A DNA stretch of 64,000 nucleotides, taken from an uncultured delta proteobacterium (GTDB lineage: Bacteria > Desulfobacterota > Syntrophia > Syntrophales > Smithellaceae). The stretch covers positions 96,001-160,000 of the forward strand of contig CAVWEH010000005.1 in assembly GCA_963753975.1 (NCBI GenBank), read 5' to 3'. The notes below the pieces were generated by a model that was given only the letters and a program-made list of their open reading frames with translations, ran no database searches and had not been told where the DNA came from. Of the stretch, positions 52,218 through 62,487 are shown piece after piece. Every line of letters starts with the position of its first letter. Within the stretch, counting starts at the first letter, position 1. Both the position numbers and the translations under genes were made by a program.

Positions 52218-52913
52218 ATGGATAAGAAAGTGCGCGATACAGCGGAGAAGCTCTTTCGCTCGGAATATGAAAAGCTTACTAAACAAGAAAAGCATGTTGC
52301 TCATCATATTACTAAAAGAACCCCTATTTCGACAAATATTGTTCAAGACCTTTCCGAGCAAATGACTTTGGGCCAAAAGATGGCTGATAGAGTTGCTTCT
52401 TTTGGTGGATCCTGGATATTTATCTTAATATTTGCGCTTGTGCTATTTGTATGGGTTGGCATGAATTCGTTTATTCTGATCAAGCTTGGCAGTTCTTCTT
52501 TTGATCCATATCCGTATATCTTTCTAAATCTTCTTTTATCTATGCTTGCTGCCATCCAGGCCCCGATCATTATGATGTCTCAAAATCGACAGGCTTATAA
52601 GGATAGATTAAGTGCGGAGCACGATTACGAAGTAAACTTGAAGGCGGAACTTGAAATAATGACGCTTCATGAAAAAATTGATTTACTGAGGGAGAATCAA
52701 TGGAGCGAACTTATTTCAATTCAACAGAAGCAGCTCGAGCTTCTGAGCCAATTAGTTGAAGACGTGAAGAAAATAAACGAAAGACCAGTTAGCAGAAACC
52801 GGATGACGGACCCTGCAGAATGTTTCTGGAGCGATGCCGAGAATACAAAGTCAGTCCGCCGCCTGCGAGCTGGACGGGCGAATATGCACATGAAAAGAAA
52901 TGAGAAGAAATAA
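52218..52913 (+). CDS. DUF1003 family membrane protein
   Basis: FGGSWIF, FDPYPYIFLNL, QAPIIMMSQNRQ, DYEVNLKAE; the C-terminal tail may be read-through. Confidence 0.85.
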   Translation: MDKKVRDTAEKLFRSEYEKLTKQEKHVAHHITKRTPISTNIVQDLSEQMTLGQKMADRVASFGGSWIFILIFALVLFVWVGMNSFILIKLGSSSFDPYPYIFLNLLLSMLAAIQAPIIMMSQNRQAYKDRLSAEHDYEVNLKAELEIMTLHEKIDLLRENQWSELISIQQKQLELLSQLVEDVKKINERPVSRNRMTDPAECFWSDAENTKSVRRLRAGRANMHMKRNEKK

Positions 52914-52998
52914 TTGCAGCAGTTCTTATTTGATGTGCGGCTTCAATCCTATAGTAAACATAATCCATGCGGATAAACATCGCCGACAGTACTAAAGA

Positions 52999-53027
52999 TT
53001 GACAGCATTACCATTTGAGGTTATAAA
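52999..53027 (+). promoter_or_regulatory. sigma70 promoter of the TA-like operon
   Basis: TTGACA-17 bp-TATAAA. Confidence 0.65.
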
Positions 53028-53092
53028 AAAGCGTGAATTTTAAACTTATTTTAAAAGACATATGATGAATTTTAGAAATCAATATCATTAAA

Positions 53093-53806
53093 ATGCCTAT
53101 TAATAAAATAGTCCTCAATTTAATAAAATATATAACATGTTATGCCACTGATCATGGCATTAAGCTGACAACGATTCAGCTTGTCAAATATGTATATCTA
53201 GCTGATCTTTATTACGCACGGTATCATGACGGTGATACAATCACACACTTCCCTTGGGCGTTTGTTTACTATGGGCCATATTGTTCCGAAGTTATGCAGA
53301 GTATTGATGAAGCTGCATCGGCTGGTATAATTGCACGGATGACATACGAAAGTAAATTCAATGACAAGGATTACAATTTGTTTAGCTGTGAAGATGAACG
53401 ATACGATGAACTAAGAAAATTGTTTCCCCTAGAAGTAACCAGTGAATTAAAAGATAAAATAAAAAAATATGCACATGAAACTGCACAATTGCTGGATTAT
53501 GTATATTTTGAAACGGAACCAATGAAAAATGTTAATAAGGGGGATATGCTTGATTTTTCTAAAGCTCAAAAGCCGCGTTTGGATCTAACGATAACGACAC
53601 CAACTTTATCCATAGAGGACATAAAAAAAATAAAACATCATGTTAGCAACTTAGGTGCAAAATTTAATGCAGCAAAAAAAGAAAGTATAATAAATGAAAG
53701 GCAATTTCATAAATTTAAAGATGATAAATATTTTCAGGCCCTGGAATATTTTGAAGAAGACCCTTTGCCAATAGATATTAAAGGTATAATTAAAATAGAG
53801 ACCTGA
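53093..53806 (+). CDS. Panacea (DUF4065/SocA-like) domain antitoxin with C-terminal extension
   Basis: QLVKYVYLAD...IT...WAFVYYGPY signature. Confidence 0.7.
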   Translation: MPINKIVLNLIKYITCYATDHGIKLTTIQLVKYVYLADLYYARYHDGDTITHFPWAFVYYGPYCSEVMQSIDEAASAGIIARMTYESKFNDKDYNLFSCEDERYDELRKLFPLEVTSELKDKIKKYAHETAQLLDYVYFETEPMKNVNKGDMLDFSKAQKPRLDLTITTPTLSIEDIKKIKHHVSNLGAKFNAAKKESIINERQFHKFKDDKYFQALEYFEEDPLPIDIKGIIKIET

Positions 53807-54519
53807 TGGGTATCCTAAAAGTATATCCGATAGAAGAATTCTATAAAACAATCAATCCGAAGGCCTATGCCCCCGGACAAATATGTCATGTAATAGTGCC
53901 CCATCTGACAAAAATTCCTCAAATTTTGGATGTTGAAAGAAATCGACCAGAAGAACATGACAATATAAAATTTACACTCAGAAACGCCAAACCGACAGGC
54001 GATTTTGTAACCGCCGACAGAACGCTTCCTTTGTCTAAAATTAATTTAAGAACAAACGAAGAATTGCTTGTTCAAAGAGCAAAAAAGAGGCGTGGCATAA
54101 TATTGCCGTCTTTCGTTAATGTTTATCCAGAGATTACTGCGCTTTTGTCTGGTGGCAAAGAACATCTACAGGATGATGCTTTATTTGTCATACCTTGCTA
54201 TGGCATAGAAACAAAGGATGACGCAAAAGGTTTCCCCCCTGAGATGGTGGAGCGGGTGCGATGTTTAATCTATAATCAATTCTTCTTTCTCCCAGCACAT
54301 AAAGTCCTAACAAAGGATTCCATTGCAAGATTTGATAGGATACAAGTCATTCCAGATAAAAAAGAAAGAGCGGCTTTAGAACCGACAGATTTATGTTTGT
54401 CCGATGATATTTTAAATATCTTTATTGCTCTTTTCCTATATTGTTTGACCGGTGTAACCGACGATGATCTAACTGCGATTAGACAATTGACATCTGAAAA
54501 ATATCTTGGAATTCAATAG
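53806..54519 (+). CDS. Putative toxin with PemK/MazF-like motifs
   Basis: PGQI, KKRRGII, VIPCY, ARFDRIQVI pattern; TGATG coupling to the upstream gene. Confidence 0.5.
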   Translation: MGILKVYPIEEFYKTINPKAYAPGQICHVIVPHLTKIPQILDVERNRPEEHDNIKFTLRNAKPTGDFVTADRTLPLSKINLRTNEELLVQRAKKRRGIILPSFVNVYPEITALLSGGKEHLQDDALFVIPCYGIETKDDAKGFPPEMVERVRCLIYNQFFFLPAHKVLTKDSIARFDRIQVIPDKKERAALEPTDLCLSDDILNIFIALFLYCLTGVTDDDLTAIRQLTSEKYLGIQ

Positions 54520-54718
54520 GGCTGATCAATCAAAAATCATTATCCCCCCTGACACGAAGAGCATAATTGTAAAACATGAATTATTTAAGGATAAAGATTA
54601 CACCCCATATCTACACCTTGTCGCCCTCGACGAAAAGACAGGACTTCAATCAGCAATAAACAATTCACGTCCGCTGATAGACAGCAACATCCCACCTACA
54701 TTTGCGTCCAAGATTTCC

Positions 54719-54747
54719 TTGACATACAAGACCGAAGTTCTTATACT
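54719..54747 (+). promoter_or_regulatory. sigma70 promoter
   Basis: TTGACA-17 bp-TATACT upstream of 54872. Confidence 0.65.
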
Positions 54748-54871
54748 AAAAAACATAGAAGCAATGTCTTATCAAGTGCAATTTTTAAAAGACCACACGC
54801 TTGAATATTGAGTACAAATATTCCTATGGCTAATACGGAAATCAACGTAAAAAGGATTTAATAATAAGAAA

Positions 54872-55210
54872 ATGGCAATCATAATTAAGACAGCTGATCC
54901 AGCGGGACTTTTAACAGCAATAAAAAAAGCTATTGACGCTAAATCTATAGAAACTTGGCTGTACAACAGTGACGGATTTTTCACACATTCACCTGAACAA
55001 TGGAAGTATAAAGCTTGGTTTAAACCGGAAACGACTGCAAGAGAACTCAAATTTGGAATTTATCCCCCCAAGGATGATACTATAAAGAGTTTGATCTATG
55101 GCTTATATCATGGAAGATTTATTGAAATGATGCTTAATCATTTTGATAAAGATTTCTCAGAAATCACGGCGACAGCATTAATTGTTCATCCAGATTATCA
55201 AAAAAAATAA
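54872..55210 (+). CDS. Hypothetical protein
   Basis: 112 aa; FTHSPEQW and YGLYHGRFIEMMLNHFD look like conserved motifs; function unknown. Confidence 0.7.
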   Translation: MAIIIKTADPAGLLTAIKKAIDAKSIETWLYNSDGFFTHSPEQWKYKAWFKPETTARELKFGIYPPKDDTIKSLIYGLYHGRFIEMMLNHFDKDFSEITATALIVHPDYQKK

Positions 55211-55222
55211 GGTAAATAAACT

Positions 55223-55915
55223 ATGACAGATAATTTGATAGCAATAATACAAGCCATTCAAGCACAATCAACCAATGTCATAGACCTAATTCAAAAGATT
55301 GATGCTTTTTATAATAACGCATGGAATAAATTAATAATTATCGGTTCGGTTGCACTTGGAATTGTTGGCCTTATTGTCCCATTATTCATACAGTTGTATC
55401 AGAGAAGAACCTTAAAATTAAGTGAGAAACTACTGATGCAGGAATTAGGCTCACAAAACATTAAAACTAAAAATGAAACCATCGTCGAATTGTCAAAAAA
55501 AATAGAAGAAAAATTTGGAGAATATGAAAATAAAATTAAAATTATGAGTGCTTCGGCTAATGCAAAAATTTATCTGACTCAAGGAAAACTCGAACTTGAA
55601 AAAAATTATTACTCTCCTGCACTTAGTTACTTTGTTGCATGCGCTTATAGCTGTATAGAATGTAATGACCACCAAAATTTACAGGTGGCATTGAAGTCAA
55701 TTTTGAATGAGTGTCTACCACATTTATCTGTTGAAGAAATAAACGACATAAAAGTTTCTAAAGAAAGTGACATTGATTATTTTTTAAGTCATTTGAAAGA
55801 AAAGGATGATATTGGATATTATTCATCAATTATTCAAGACATTAAACTTAAAATTACTAAACTTCCTAAGACAGTCAAAGAAAAGCCACAAGAACAACCG
55901 AAGGGTCAAACATAG
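55223..55915 (+). CDS. Hypothetical single-pass membrane protein with helical/coiled-coil region
   Basis: TM segment LIIIGSVALGIVGLIVPLFI; AT-rich. Confidence 0.7.
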   Translation: MTDNLIAIIQAIQAQSTNVIDLIQKIDAFYNNAWNKLIIIGSVALGIVGLIVPLFIQLYQRRTLKLSEKLLMQELGSQNIKTKNETIVELSKKIEEKFGEYENKIKIMSASANAKIYLTQGKLELEKNYYSPALSYFVACAYSCIECNDHQNLQVALKSILNECLPHLSVEEINDIKVSKESDIDYFLSHLKEKDDIGYYSSIIQDIKLKITKLPKTVKEKPQEQPKGQT

Positions 55916-56090
55916 GCCTCCTCTTATCCCTTATACATTTTTTCGATTATATCTTCGTATTGCTTACCTATTCGGGTGATACCATACCGATTAATTTATT
56001 AATGGCGCAGCGGCGCTACCTTACGGCGATCTTATCGCCCTGCCGAATCTCATCCGGCCCTCGACAACACCGAAAGAGAAGAGAATCGAA

Positions 56091-56913
56091 TTACTTCGCG
56101 GTCGGGGTTTCGGGAGCGAGGTAGCGCACGGAGATAGCGAGTGCTTTAGTCGCGTAATTCTCCGGCGCGCTTACGTACTTGACTTCCACTTTCTTACCCA
56201 CCGTCGACCCGGGCATTGCCGCCAGCGAGGTTACCCCTGGCCTTCCCATCAGCATCATAGAAAATGGTAGCACTTGTCCCGCTGCCCACTATGAGAATAT
56301 TGATTTTTTCACCATTATCGGCGAGAACCACAATCAGACCAGCCGGCCACAAGGGCGGTCCTGACTTGAACTGGAACCCATGGGGAAAGGATTCAATTGT
56401 GCCTTTGACGGTTTTTGTTTCGCCTGCCTGTGCCGATGGCTCCCGAACCTGTTCCGCTTTTGCGGTACTTGTAGTGCGGGTCTCGTCACAGGCGATAGGC
56501 GTTCCGGAAACCAATTCAATATCAGGAAACCATTTGCTGGAAAAAGTCGGCCACGAGGCCTTGAATTGGTAGGTCCTTCCAGCCCCAACACATACCCGCA
56601 ACGGCTGTGCCCGCTCAAAACTGGGAGGACTCAACGTATTAAAACCAACCAGTTCCATGGGTCCGGCAATCCTGTCCCATGAAATTTGATCATTTAGTCC
56701 GACTGCTCCAATCTGCTTGCCGCTATCTATAATGCCGATGGGAGCAGCAGATCCGACGAAACCACCGCCCCGTGAAACTATGATTCGTGCCGAGTCGGCG
56801 GGAATTGGTCCGGTTGCCGCAGGCACCAACTGACTAGTGGTGGCACAGCCGGCCAGAAGAGCGGCTGCCAGACAAACTGCTATACGGGCGAGCACAAAAA
56901 TTCTGCGATTCAT
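56091..56913 (-). CDS. Putative lipoprotein, probably with a +1 frameshift near 56225
   Basis: Lipobox LLAGC after ATG 56913; ORF 56091-56273 plausibly supplies the C-terminus (VGKKVEVKY...). Confidence 0.6.
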
Positions 56914-57053
56914 ATAGTCGTCTCTCCTAATCAAATATTTCTTTGTATGAATTATAACACAAAATTTTAGATGATTGCTGCAATAATCTAGACAGGCCTT
57001 AATTTTAGACACTGTCTGTCAAGCCAACTAATTTTCAGTGCAATAGAAGAATG

Positions 57054-57320
57054 TCATTCTTCATATCCTTCCAATAATTCCCGGATAGCCGGCTTTATAT
57101 AAATGTCACTGAGGTCAAACTGCCGTAATGCTTTAATCATAGCTTGATTTTTTTCTTTCACTGTAACCCTGGAGTTCAGAATCAGAACGTATTTCCCTTC
57201 AATACGGCAGAGCCCTCCGGTGCTTGATGATTCCTCAATATTTATATTTTCATCACGAACTTCTATTCCAAGCTTTTCGGCCAGTTCTTCGAGTTGATTT
57301 AACAGGACTTCTTCATTCAT
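57054..57320 (-). CDS. Hypothetical protein
   Basis: LEELAEKLGIEVR...GGLCRI...IYIKPAIRELL. Confidence 0.7.
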   Translation of the reverse strand: MNEEVLLNQLEELAEKLGIEVRDENINIEESSSTGGLCRIEGKYVLILNSRVTVKEKNQAMIKALRQFDLSDIYIKPAIRELLEGYEE

Positions 57321-57519
57321 AAGCTTATTATCCGGAAACAAGCAGGCGTTTGTTTTCTCCAGGCATACATGAGTTATTGGTTAATTCAACTTTTGCGACA
57401 AGTCAATGACGAATAAAAAATGCCGTTCTCCCGATAGGATACCGGCAAAATATGTTGCATTTATTACAAAAGCCTTTAGCGAAATGGCACCGCCCCACAT
57501 TTTGCGAATCAATATTTAA

Positions 57520-57548
57520 TTGACATGCAAGAGCGCGTTTCTTATAAT
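57520..57548 (+). promoter_or_regulatory. Consensus sigma70 promoter
   Basis: TTGACA-17 bp-TATAAT. Confidence 0.75.
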
Positions 57549-57690
57549 TCAACCGTGAACAAGTAATCTCTTATCAATAGGCGTTCCGGAACTGATGCGG
57601 GAAGGTGTCGCGTTCTTCAATGTGATCTAGTACGCATGGCATGCGCGACCGGGAAAGTAACGTAGCGTAAATTATTGGAAAGGATTAGCC

Positions 57691-58488
57691 ATGAAAAAGA
57701 GCAGCTTAATAACTACTGTCATCATCATTCTGCTCGGCATCGGTGTTGCCACATACTTCTACTGGCTCTACAACCAACCGAAACCTGAACCAATATCCAT
57801 GCCCGCTCCGCCGCCGCCGGCACCCGCCCCTCCGCCGCAGCAGGTCCTCGAGGCTCCTCCGACACAGACGCCGCTGCCTGGGCTATCCGAGAGCGACAAG
57901 TTCATGCTGGACATTCTGGCCGGCCTGGTGGGCAATAAATCGTTGATGAATCTGTTCTACACCGAGCAGATCATCCACAACATCGTCGCCACCATCGACA
58001 ACCTGCCGCGCAAACACTTGCCGCTCAGCGTGATGCCGGTCAAGCGGGTGGATGGTCTGTTTATTACTGAAGGCCCCCAAGACGACAAAACCATCAGCCC
58101 GAAAAATGCTGCGCGTTATTCGCCGTATGTAAGAATCGCCGAGCTGATCGATGCGCAGAAGCTGGTGGAGGTTTACGTGCGTCTCTATCCGCTGTTTCAA
58201 CAGGCATACGAAGAACTCGGTTATCCGAAAAAATATTTTAACGACCGCCTGCTGGTAGTGCTCGACCATCTGCTGGCTGCGCCCGACCTCAATGAGCCCG
58301 TCAAGCTCGTCCAGCCCAATGTTTTCTATTTGTATGCCGATCCCGATCTGGAAGCGCGCTCAGGCGGGCAGAAAATCCTCATGCGGATGGGCAGCAAGAA
58401 CGAAGCGAAAATAAAAGCCAAGCTGCGCGAGATAAAGCGGCAAGTTATGCTCCACATGCACGAGAAGAAGATGGATGACACCAAATGA
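57691..58488 (+). CDS. DUF3014 family protein
   Basis: TM anchor, Pro-rich linker, YPLFQQAYEELGYP, YADPDLE, QKILMRMG. Confidence 0.8.
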   Translation: MKKSSLITTVIIILLGIGVATYFYWLYNQPKPEPISMPAPPPPAPAPPPQQVLEAPPTQTPLPGLSESDKFMLDILAGLVGNKSLMNLFYTEQIIHNIVATIDNLPRKHLPLSVMPVKRVDGLFITEGPQDDKTISPKNAARYSPYVRIAELIDAQKLVEVYVRLYPLFQQAYEELGYPKKYFNDRLLVVLDHLLAAPDLNEPVKLVQPNVFYLYADPDLEARSGGQKILMRMGSKNEAKIKAKLREIKRQVMLHMHEKKMDDTK

Positions 58489-58530
58489 TTTAAATGCTTA
58501 AGTCTAATATAGATCAGTTACATCTCATTA

Positions 58531-59406
58531 TCATTTTTGCAATTTAATTACTTTGTAACCGCGCTGGCGCAACAAATTGACTAAACCGTTATCGCCGACA
58601 AGGTGCGCCGCACCTACGACTACCATAGTGTTTCCCGAACCATGGAGATAGCCTTCGATATCCTTCACCCATTTATTGTTTCTGTCCACAATCAGGGTTT
58701 GATATAATTTTGGATAGCGTTGTAATTCTTTGATATAAAGCTCTTCCATTTTGGCCTCATCGCCCTTTCTCCAGGCGGCCAGATGTTCATCCAGCACCCT
58801 TTCAATTTGTCCGAGTTCATCGATAGCTTCAAGGACTTGGTCGCTTCCCCCACTCGCATCCACCGAAGCTAGAAGGCGAATTTGCTGATCCACTGTTTCC
58901 AAACTTCCCGTAGCTTTTCCATCCTGCATAGCTTTATCCTGGAAGAAATAATCAATCCCTTTTTTAGGGTCGGCGCCGATTTTGTTCATTTCCAAAACCG
59001 TAAGCGTCATCACAAAAAAAGTCGGCTTAAATAACTCGTATTGCTCCAGCGGATAATTACGCTCCCGGCAGAAGCTTTCGGCCTTGGCATAAGCCGCGGA
59101 TGTAATATGCTCTTTAAGAGTCGTGCCGTCATTGTAAATTGCCGCATTGAGAAACTCTTCCATATGTTCCGGACTTTCCATTTCACCGGGCGGAACTTCA
59201 AATATGATTTTGCGGGAGTCCCGATATGCTGTAAGAAATTCGGCAGGCAGAGGATAATCGGACGCCCTCAGCATATGGAAAGAACCGGCAAAATAAACAT
59301 TAGCCGTAGAAGAGCTTGCCATCCATACGGAACTTTCCGCCTGTACAGTTGCGGCTGTAAAAACAAGAAATAATATCAGCACCGCTCGCCACAAATTTAT
59401 TCTCAT
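58531..59406 (-). CDS. TraB/GumN family protein
   Basis: GSFHML, LETVDQQ, DRNNKW, VVGAAHL. Confidence 0.85.
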   Translation of the reverse strand: MRINLWRAVLILFLVFTAATVQAESSVWMASSSTANVYFAGSFHMLRASDYPLPAEFLTAYRDSRKIIFEVPPGEMESPEHMEEFLNAAIYNDGTTLKEHITSAAYAKAESFCRERNYPLEQYELFKPTFFVMTLTVLEMNKIGADPKKGIDYFFQDKAMQDGKATGSLETVDQQIRLLASVDASGGSDQVLEAIDELGQIERVLDEHLAAWRKGDEAKMEELYIKELQRYPKLYQTLIVDRNNKWVKDIEGYLHGSGNTMVVVGAAHLVGDNGLVNLLRQRGYKVIKLQK

Positions 59407-59437
59407 CGAATTTTCCTTCTCTGGAACTAATCAAACA

Positions 59438-60202
59438 TTATTTCATCCGGCTGAACAAAACGCTCCCCAAGAGGAACATAATAACGGCGAAGAAAGTGAC
59501 GACTATAAAATCAACATAGAATGGAAAAATATTGACATTGAGCAATGCCCCCCGAACGCCGTCCACCGCATAGGTAAGGGGATTAAGTTTTACCAAATCT
59601 TGCAACCAGAGGGGAAGCTTTTCGTCAACCGGAAAGAGAGCGCCCGATAAAAAAAAGAGCGGAAATATAACAAAGGACGAGATGACCTGGAAACCCTCCA
59701 GAGAATTAAAAAGAGAGCCCAGTGCAAGCCCCATCGAAACCAGCGCGATCGATGTAACAAACAATAAAAGTAAAGCCAGCGGAATTCCCCGGGGATTTAT
59801 CGACGGAAACAAAAACGAGAAGAGAAAGAGAACTATAATCTGTAGTGTAACATCCGTGCATCCCCCCAGAACCTTTCCCATAAAGATGCTGATACGCGAT
59901 ACCGGCGCCACCAGGATGGCTTTGAGCACGTCGAGCTTGCGGTCCCAGACTATGTAAAGACCGAAGTACACTGAGCCGAAAAGCACGAGCATTGCGAGTA
60001 TACCCGGATATATATAATCCTGATAATTGATGCCGCTGACGCTAACGCTCGCTCCCACACCGCTGCCGAACAGGAAAAGCCACATGAGCGGCTGGACGAT
60101 GCTGGAGACGATTCTGCTTTTCTCGCGCTGGAAAACCTTGAATTCCCGCCACCAGACAGCATAAACACCCATCAATTCTCTGCGGACGAACCTCTCGTTC
60201 AT
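59438..60202 (-). CDS. ABC-2 type exporter permease
   Basis: FFLSGALFP, NPLTYAVDGVR; multi-TM. Confidence 0.9.
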   Translation of the reverse strand: MNERFVRRELMGVYAVWWREFKVFQREKSRIVSSIVQPLMWLFLFGSGVGASVSVSGINYQDYIYPGILAMLVLFGSVYFGLYIVWDRKLDVLKAILVAPVSRISIFMGKVLGGCTDVTLQIIVLFLFSFLFPSINPRGIPLALLLLFVTSIALVSMGLALGSLFNSLEGFQVISSFVIFPLFFLSGALFPVDEKLPLWLQDLVKLNPLTYAVDGVRGALLNVNIFPFYVDFIVVTFFAVIMFLLGSVLFSRMK

Positions 60203-60208
60203 ATAGAA

Positions 60209-61186
60209 TCAAGACCCTCTCTGACGGTAACGGGCTACGGATTCCACCCAGCCGCCGGAATCCTCTATAGAATCTTCCCTGATGTCCCTTCCGGTAAGCT
60301 TGATAAACACGTCGTTGAGCGTGGGCACCCTCATCTCCACACACTCCACATTCCGAATATGAGCGAGAAGTTCAGGCAGGTGCGCATAAGCTTTTTTCAT
60401 AGTTATCTCTACCAGACCATCGTTTTCCTTCACTGCCGAGACATAAGGAAGGGCGCGTATTTTTTCCAGGGGAGGTTCTTGCACCTTTATTATCACCATA
60501 TCTCCGCCCATTGACTCTTTCAGGTTTTCCGGAGAATCGAGCGCGATTATCCGGCCATGATCGATGACGCCCACACGGTCGCATACCTGCTCCGCTTCCT
60601 CCATGTAATGGGTGGTGAGCACAACGGTGGTTTGCTCCATTTGAGCCATCTTTTTGATGTATTCCCAGATGCGCGCCCGCGTTTGCGGATCAAGCCCGAG
60701 TGTCGGCTCGTCCAGAAAAAGCACTGCCGGCCGGTGCAAAAGACCGCGGGCTAATTCCAGACGCCTGCGCATCCCTCCCGAGTAAGTGCGGGTTACATCA
60801 TTACTGCGCTGCTTCAAGTCGACCAGTTCCAACATTTCCGTTATCCTTTTCTCCCGGATAGCGGAAGGGACGCCGTAGAGACGCGCGTGAAGTTCGAGAT
60901 TTTCCCGTCCGGTAAGAACGGTATCCAAGGTGGGATCCTGAAATACTATACCGACTTTGCGTCGTACCTGTGCGGGCTCGCCTACTACATCATAACCCGC
61001 TATGGAAGCGCTGCCGGAAGTCGGGCGGATAATGGTACAAAGCATGCCGATAGTTGTGGTTTTGCCGGCACCATTAGGCCCGAGCAGTCCGAATATTTCG
61101 CCTTTTTCTATGTTCAGATCAATGCCGCGGACTGCATGTATTCCACCGTAACTTTTTGTGAGGGCATTCGTCTTAATGATCACCAT
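60209..61186 (-). CDS. ABC exporter ATP-binding protein (DrrA-like)
   Basis: GPNGAGKT, YSGGM, LDEPT, TTHYMEEA. Confidence 0.92.
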   Translation of the reverse strand: MVIIKTNALTKSYGGIHAVRGIDLNIEKGEIFGLLGPNGAGKTTTIGMLCTIIRPTSGSASIAGYDVVGEPAQVRRKVGIVFQDPTLDTVLTGRENLELHARLYGVPSAIREKRITEMLELVDLKQRSNDVTRTYSGGMRRRLELARGLLHRPAVLFLDEPTLGLDPQTRARIWEYIKKMAQMEQTTVVLTTHYMEEAEQVCDRVGVIDHGRIIALDSPENLKESMGGDMVIIKVQEPPLEKIRALPYVSAVKENDGLVEITMKKAYAHLPELLAHIRNVECVEMRVPTLNDVFIKLTGRDIREDSIEDSGGWVESVARYRQRGS

Positions 61187-61234
61187 ACTGGAAAAGGTAT
61201 TGGCTCCTGAAAATTTATTGCCGTCTACTGTCTA

Positions 61235-62218
61235 TCAGTCGCCCGAAATGGCTCCGGGCCACAGATAATAAAAACCAGCCTTAGCGCCGAGAATTTCCGG
61301 AAGTTCAATATTGATCACCGAAACATTCAAATTCTCAGATGCGGCGCCTGCGATATTATAATAATTATCCTCCGGAAATTCGATCCGGCGGTAGACGATC
61401 AATTTCGCGTCTTCGGAAATCTTTGCTATTGTTTTTGCTTCTTGAACCGCGTCGCTTATATAGCCGATTTTGTCTATCAGTCCCATTTGCAGGGCCTCGT
61501 CTGCCAAAAACACGCGTGCCGTGGAAATTTCCGTGATTGCCTGCGGTGTAAGTTTGCGATGTTTTTTCACCAAACCTATAAATCGTTCTCCAAAATCATT
61601 CATCGCTTTTTGCAGAAGTTTTCTTTCTTCTTCGCTGCTCTCCCGGAAAGGTGATCCCATATCCTTATATTTGCCGACCTTCTGCACGTCAACACCAAGG
61701 CCGATTTTATCCATCAAGCCTTTAACTTTCGGCTGCAGAGAAATAACTCCTACCGAACCCGTTACAGTCGTCGGGTGCGCCATAATTATATCCGCCGGAA
61801 GAGACATGTAATACGCGCCGGACGTGGCTATGTCCATCATGGAAATCACAATTTTACTGCCCGTTTTTTCTTTGTAAGCGGAAATCTCGTGATAGAGAAG
61901 ATCACTGGCGGTGATGGTGCCGCCGGGAGAATTTACTTTGAACAAAACAGCTTTGATTTGTTTATCTTTTTGAGCTTTGTTAATTTGCAAAACTACCTGT
62001 TCAACCAGACTCGGAGTGGTGGTGATAAAACCTTTTTTAGGATTGTCCGAGATTAATCCATTTACAGGAATCAGCAATATTTTATCCGCGCCTGTTCCTT
62101 CCAGGGTATATTCTTTGAGCGGGTCGGGTGTTTCGCTAAAAATATTGAATTTCGGTGCCGCGCACCCCATGATTAAAACTAAAATCGACGTCAATATAAT
62201 GAAATAAGGTCTTTTCAT
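61235..62218 (-). CDS. sppA: Signal peptide peptidase SppA (S49)
   Basis: NSPGG, ATSGAYY, TGSVGV, GKYKD; lipobox IMGC. Confidence 0.9.
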   Translation of the reverse strand: MKRPYFIILTSILVLIMGCAAPKFNIFSETPDPLKEYTLEGTGADKILLIPVNGLISDNPKKGFITTTPSLVEQVVLQINKAQKDKQIKAVLFKVNSPGGTITASDLLYHEISAYKEKTGSKIVISMMDIATSGAYYMSLPADIIMAHPTTVTGSVGVISLQPKVKGLMDKIGLGVDVQKVGKYKDMGSPFRESSEEERKLLQKAMNDFGERFIGLVKKHRKLTPQAITEISTARVFLADEALQMGLIDKIGYISDAVQEAKTIAKISEDAKLIVYRRIEFPEDNYYNIAGAASENLNVSVINIELPEILGAKAGFYYLWPGAISGD

Positions 62219-62487
62219 ACTTTACCTCCTTTGATTGGGCAACAAGCCCTCGCTAAGTTTCTATCACATTTTAACTAACAGTTCTCTGATTTTTTTTAAA
62301 TCATAAAAAACCGGAATTATTTAAGCTATCTTCTCCAATATCACGGCACGTTGGGAATGCTTTATGCGCCTTATTGTCGTTTCTCTTATTGACTTTGGCC
62401 TGCCTTTTTTGTAAAGAAGTTCCGGCCTTCTCAGGAAGGCCGCGCCTGAATGATTCTCCGGCGCAGATATTAAGGAGGCTCTTCATT

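Noticed and set aside
54506..54811. 101-aa ORF in the islet
   Set aside because: TTG start without RBS, and it contains a consensus promoter for the next gene; probably intergenic.
57485..57506. TGGCAC...TTGC sigma54-like motif
   Set aside because: Spacing between the -24 and -12 elements is too long.
57567..57660. CTCTTATCAA resembling a SAM-I riboswitch start
   Set aside because: The remaining SAM-I core (GCAACC, GUGC, closing GAU) is absent.
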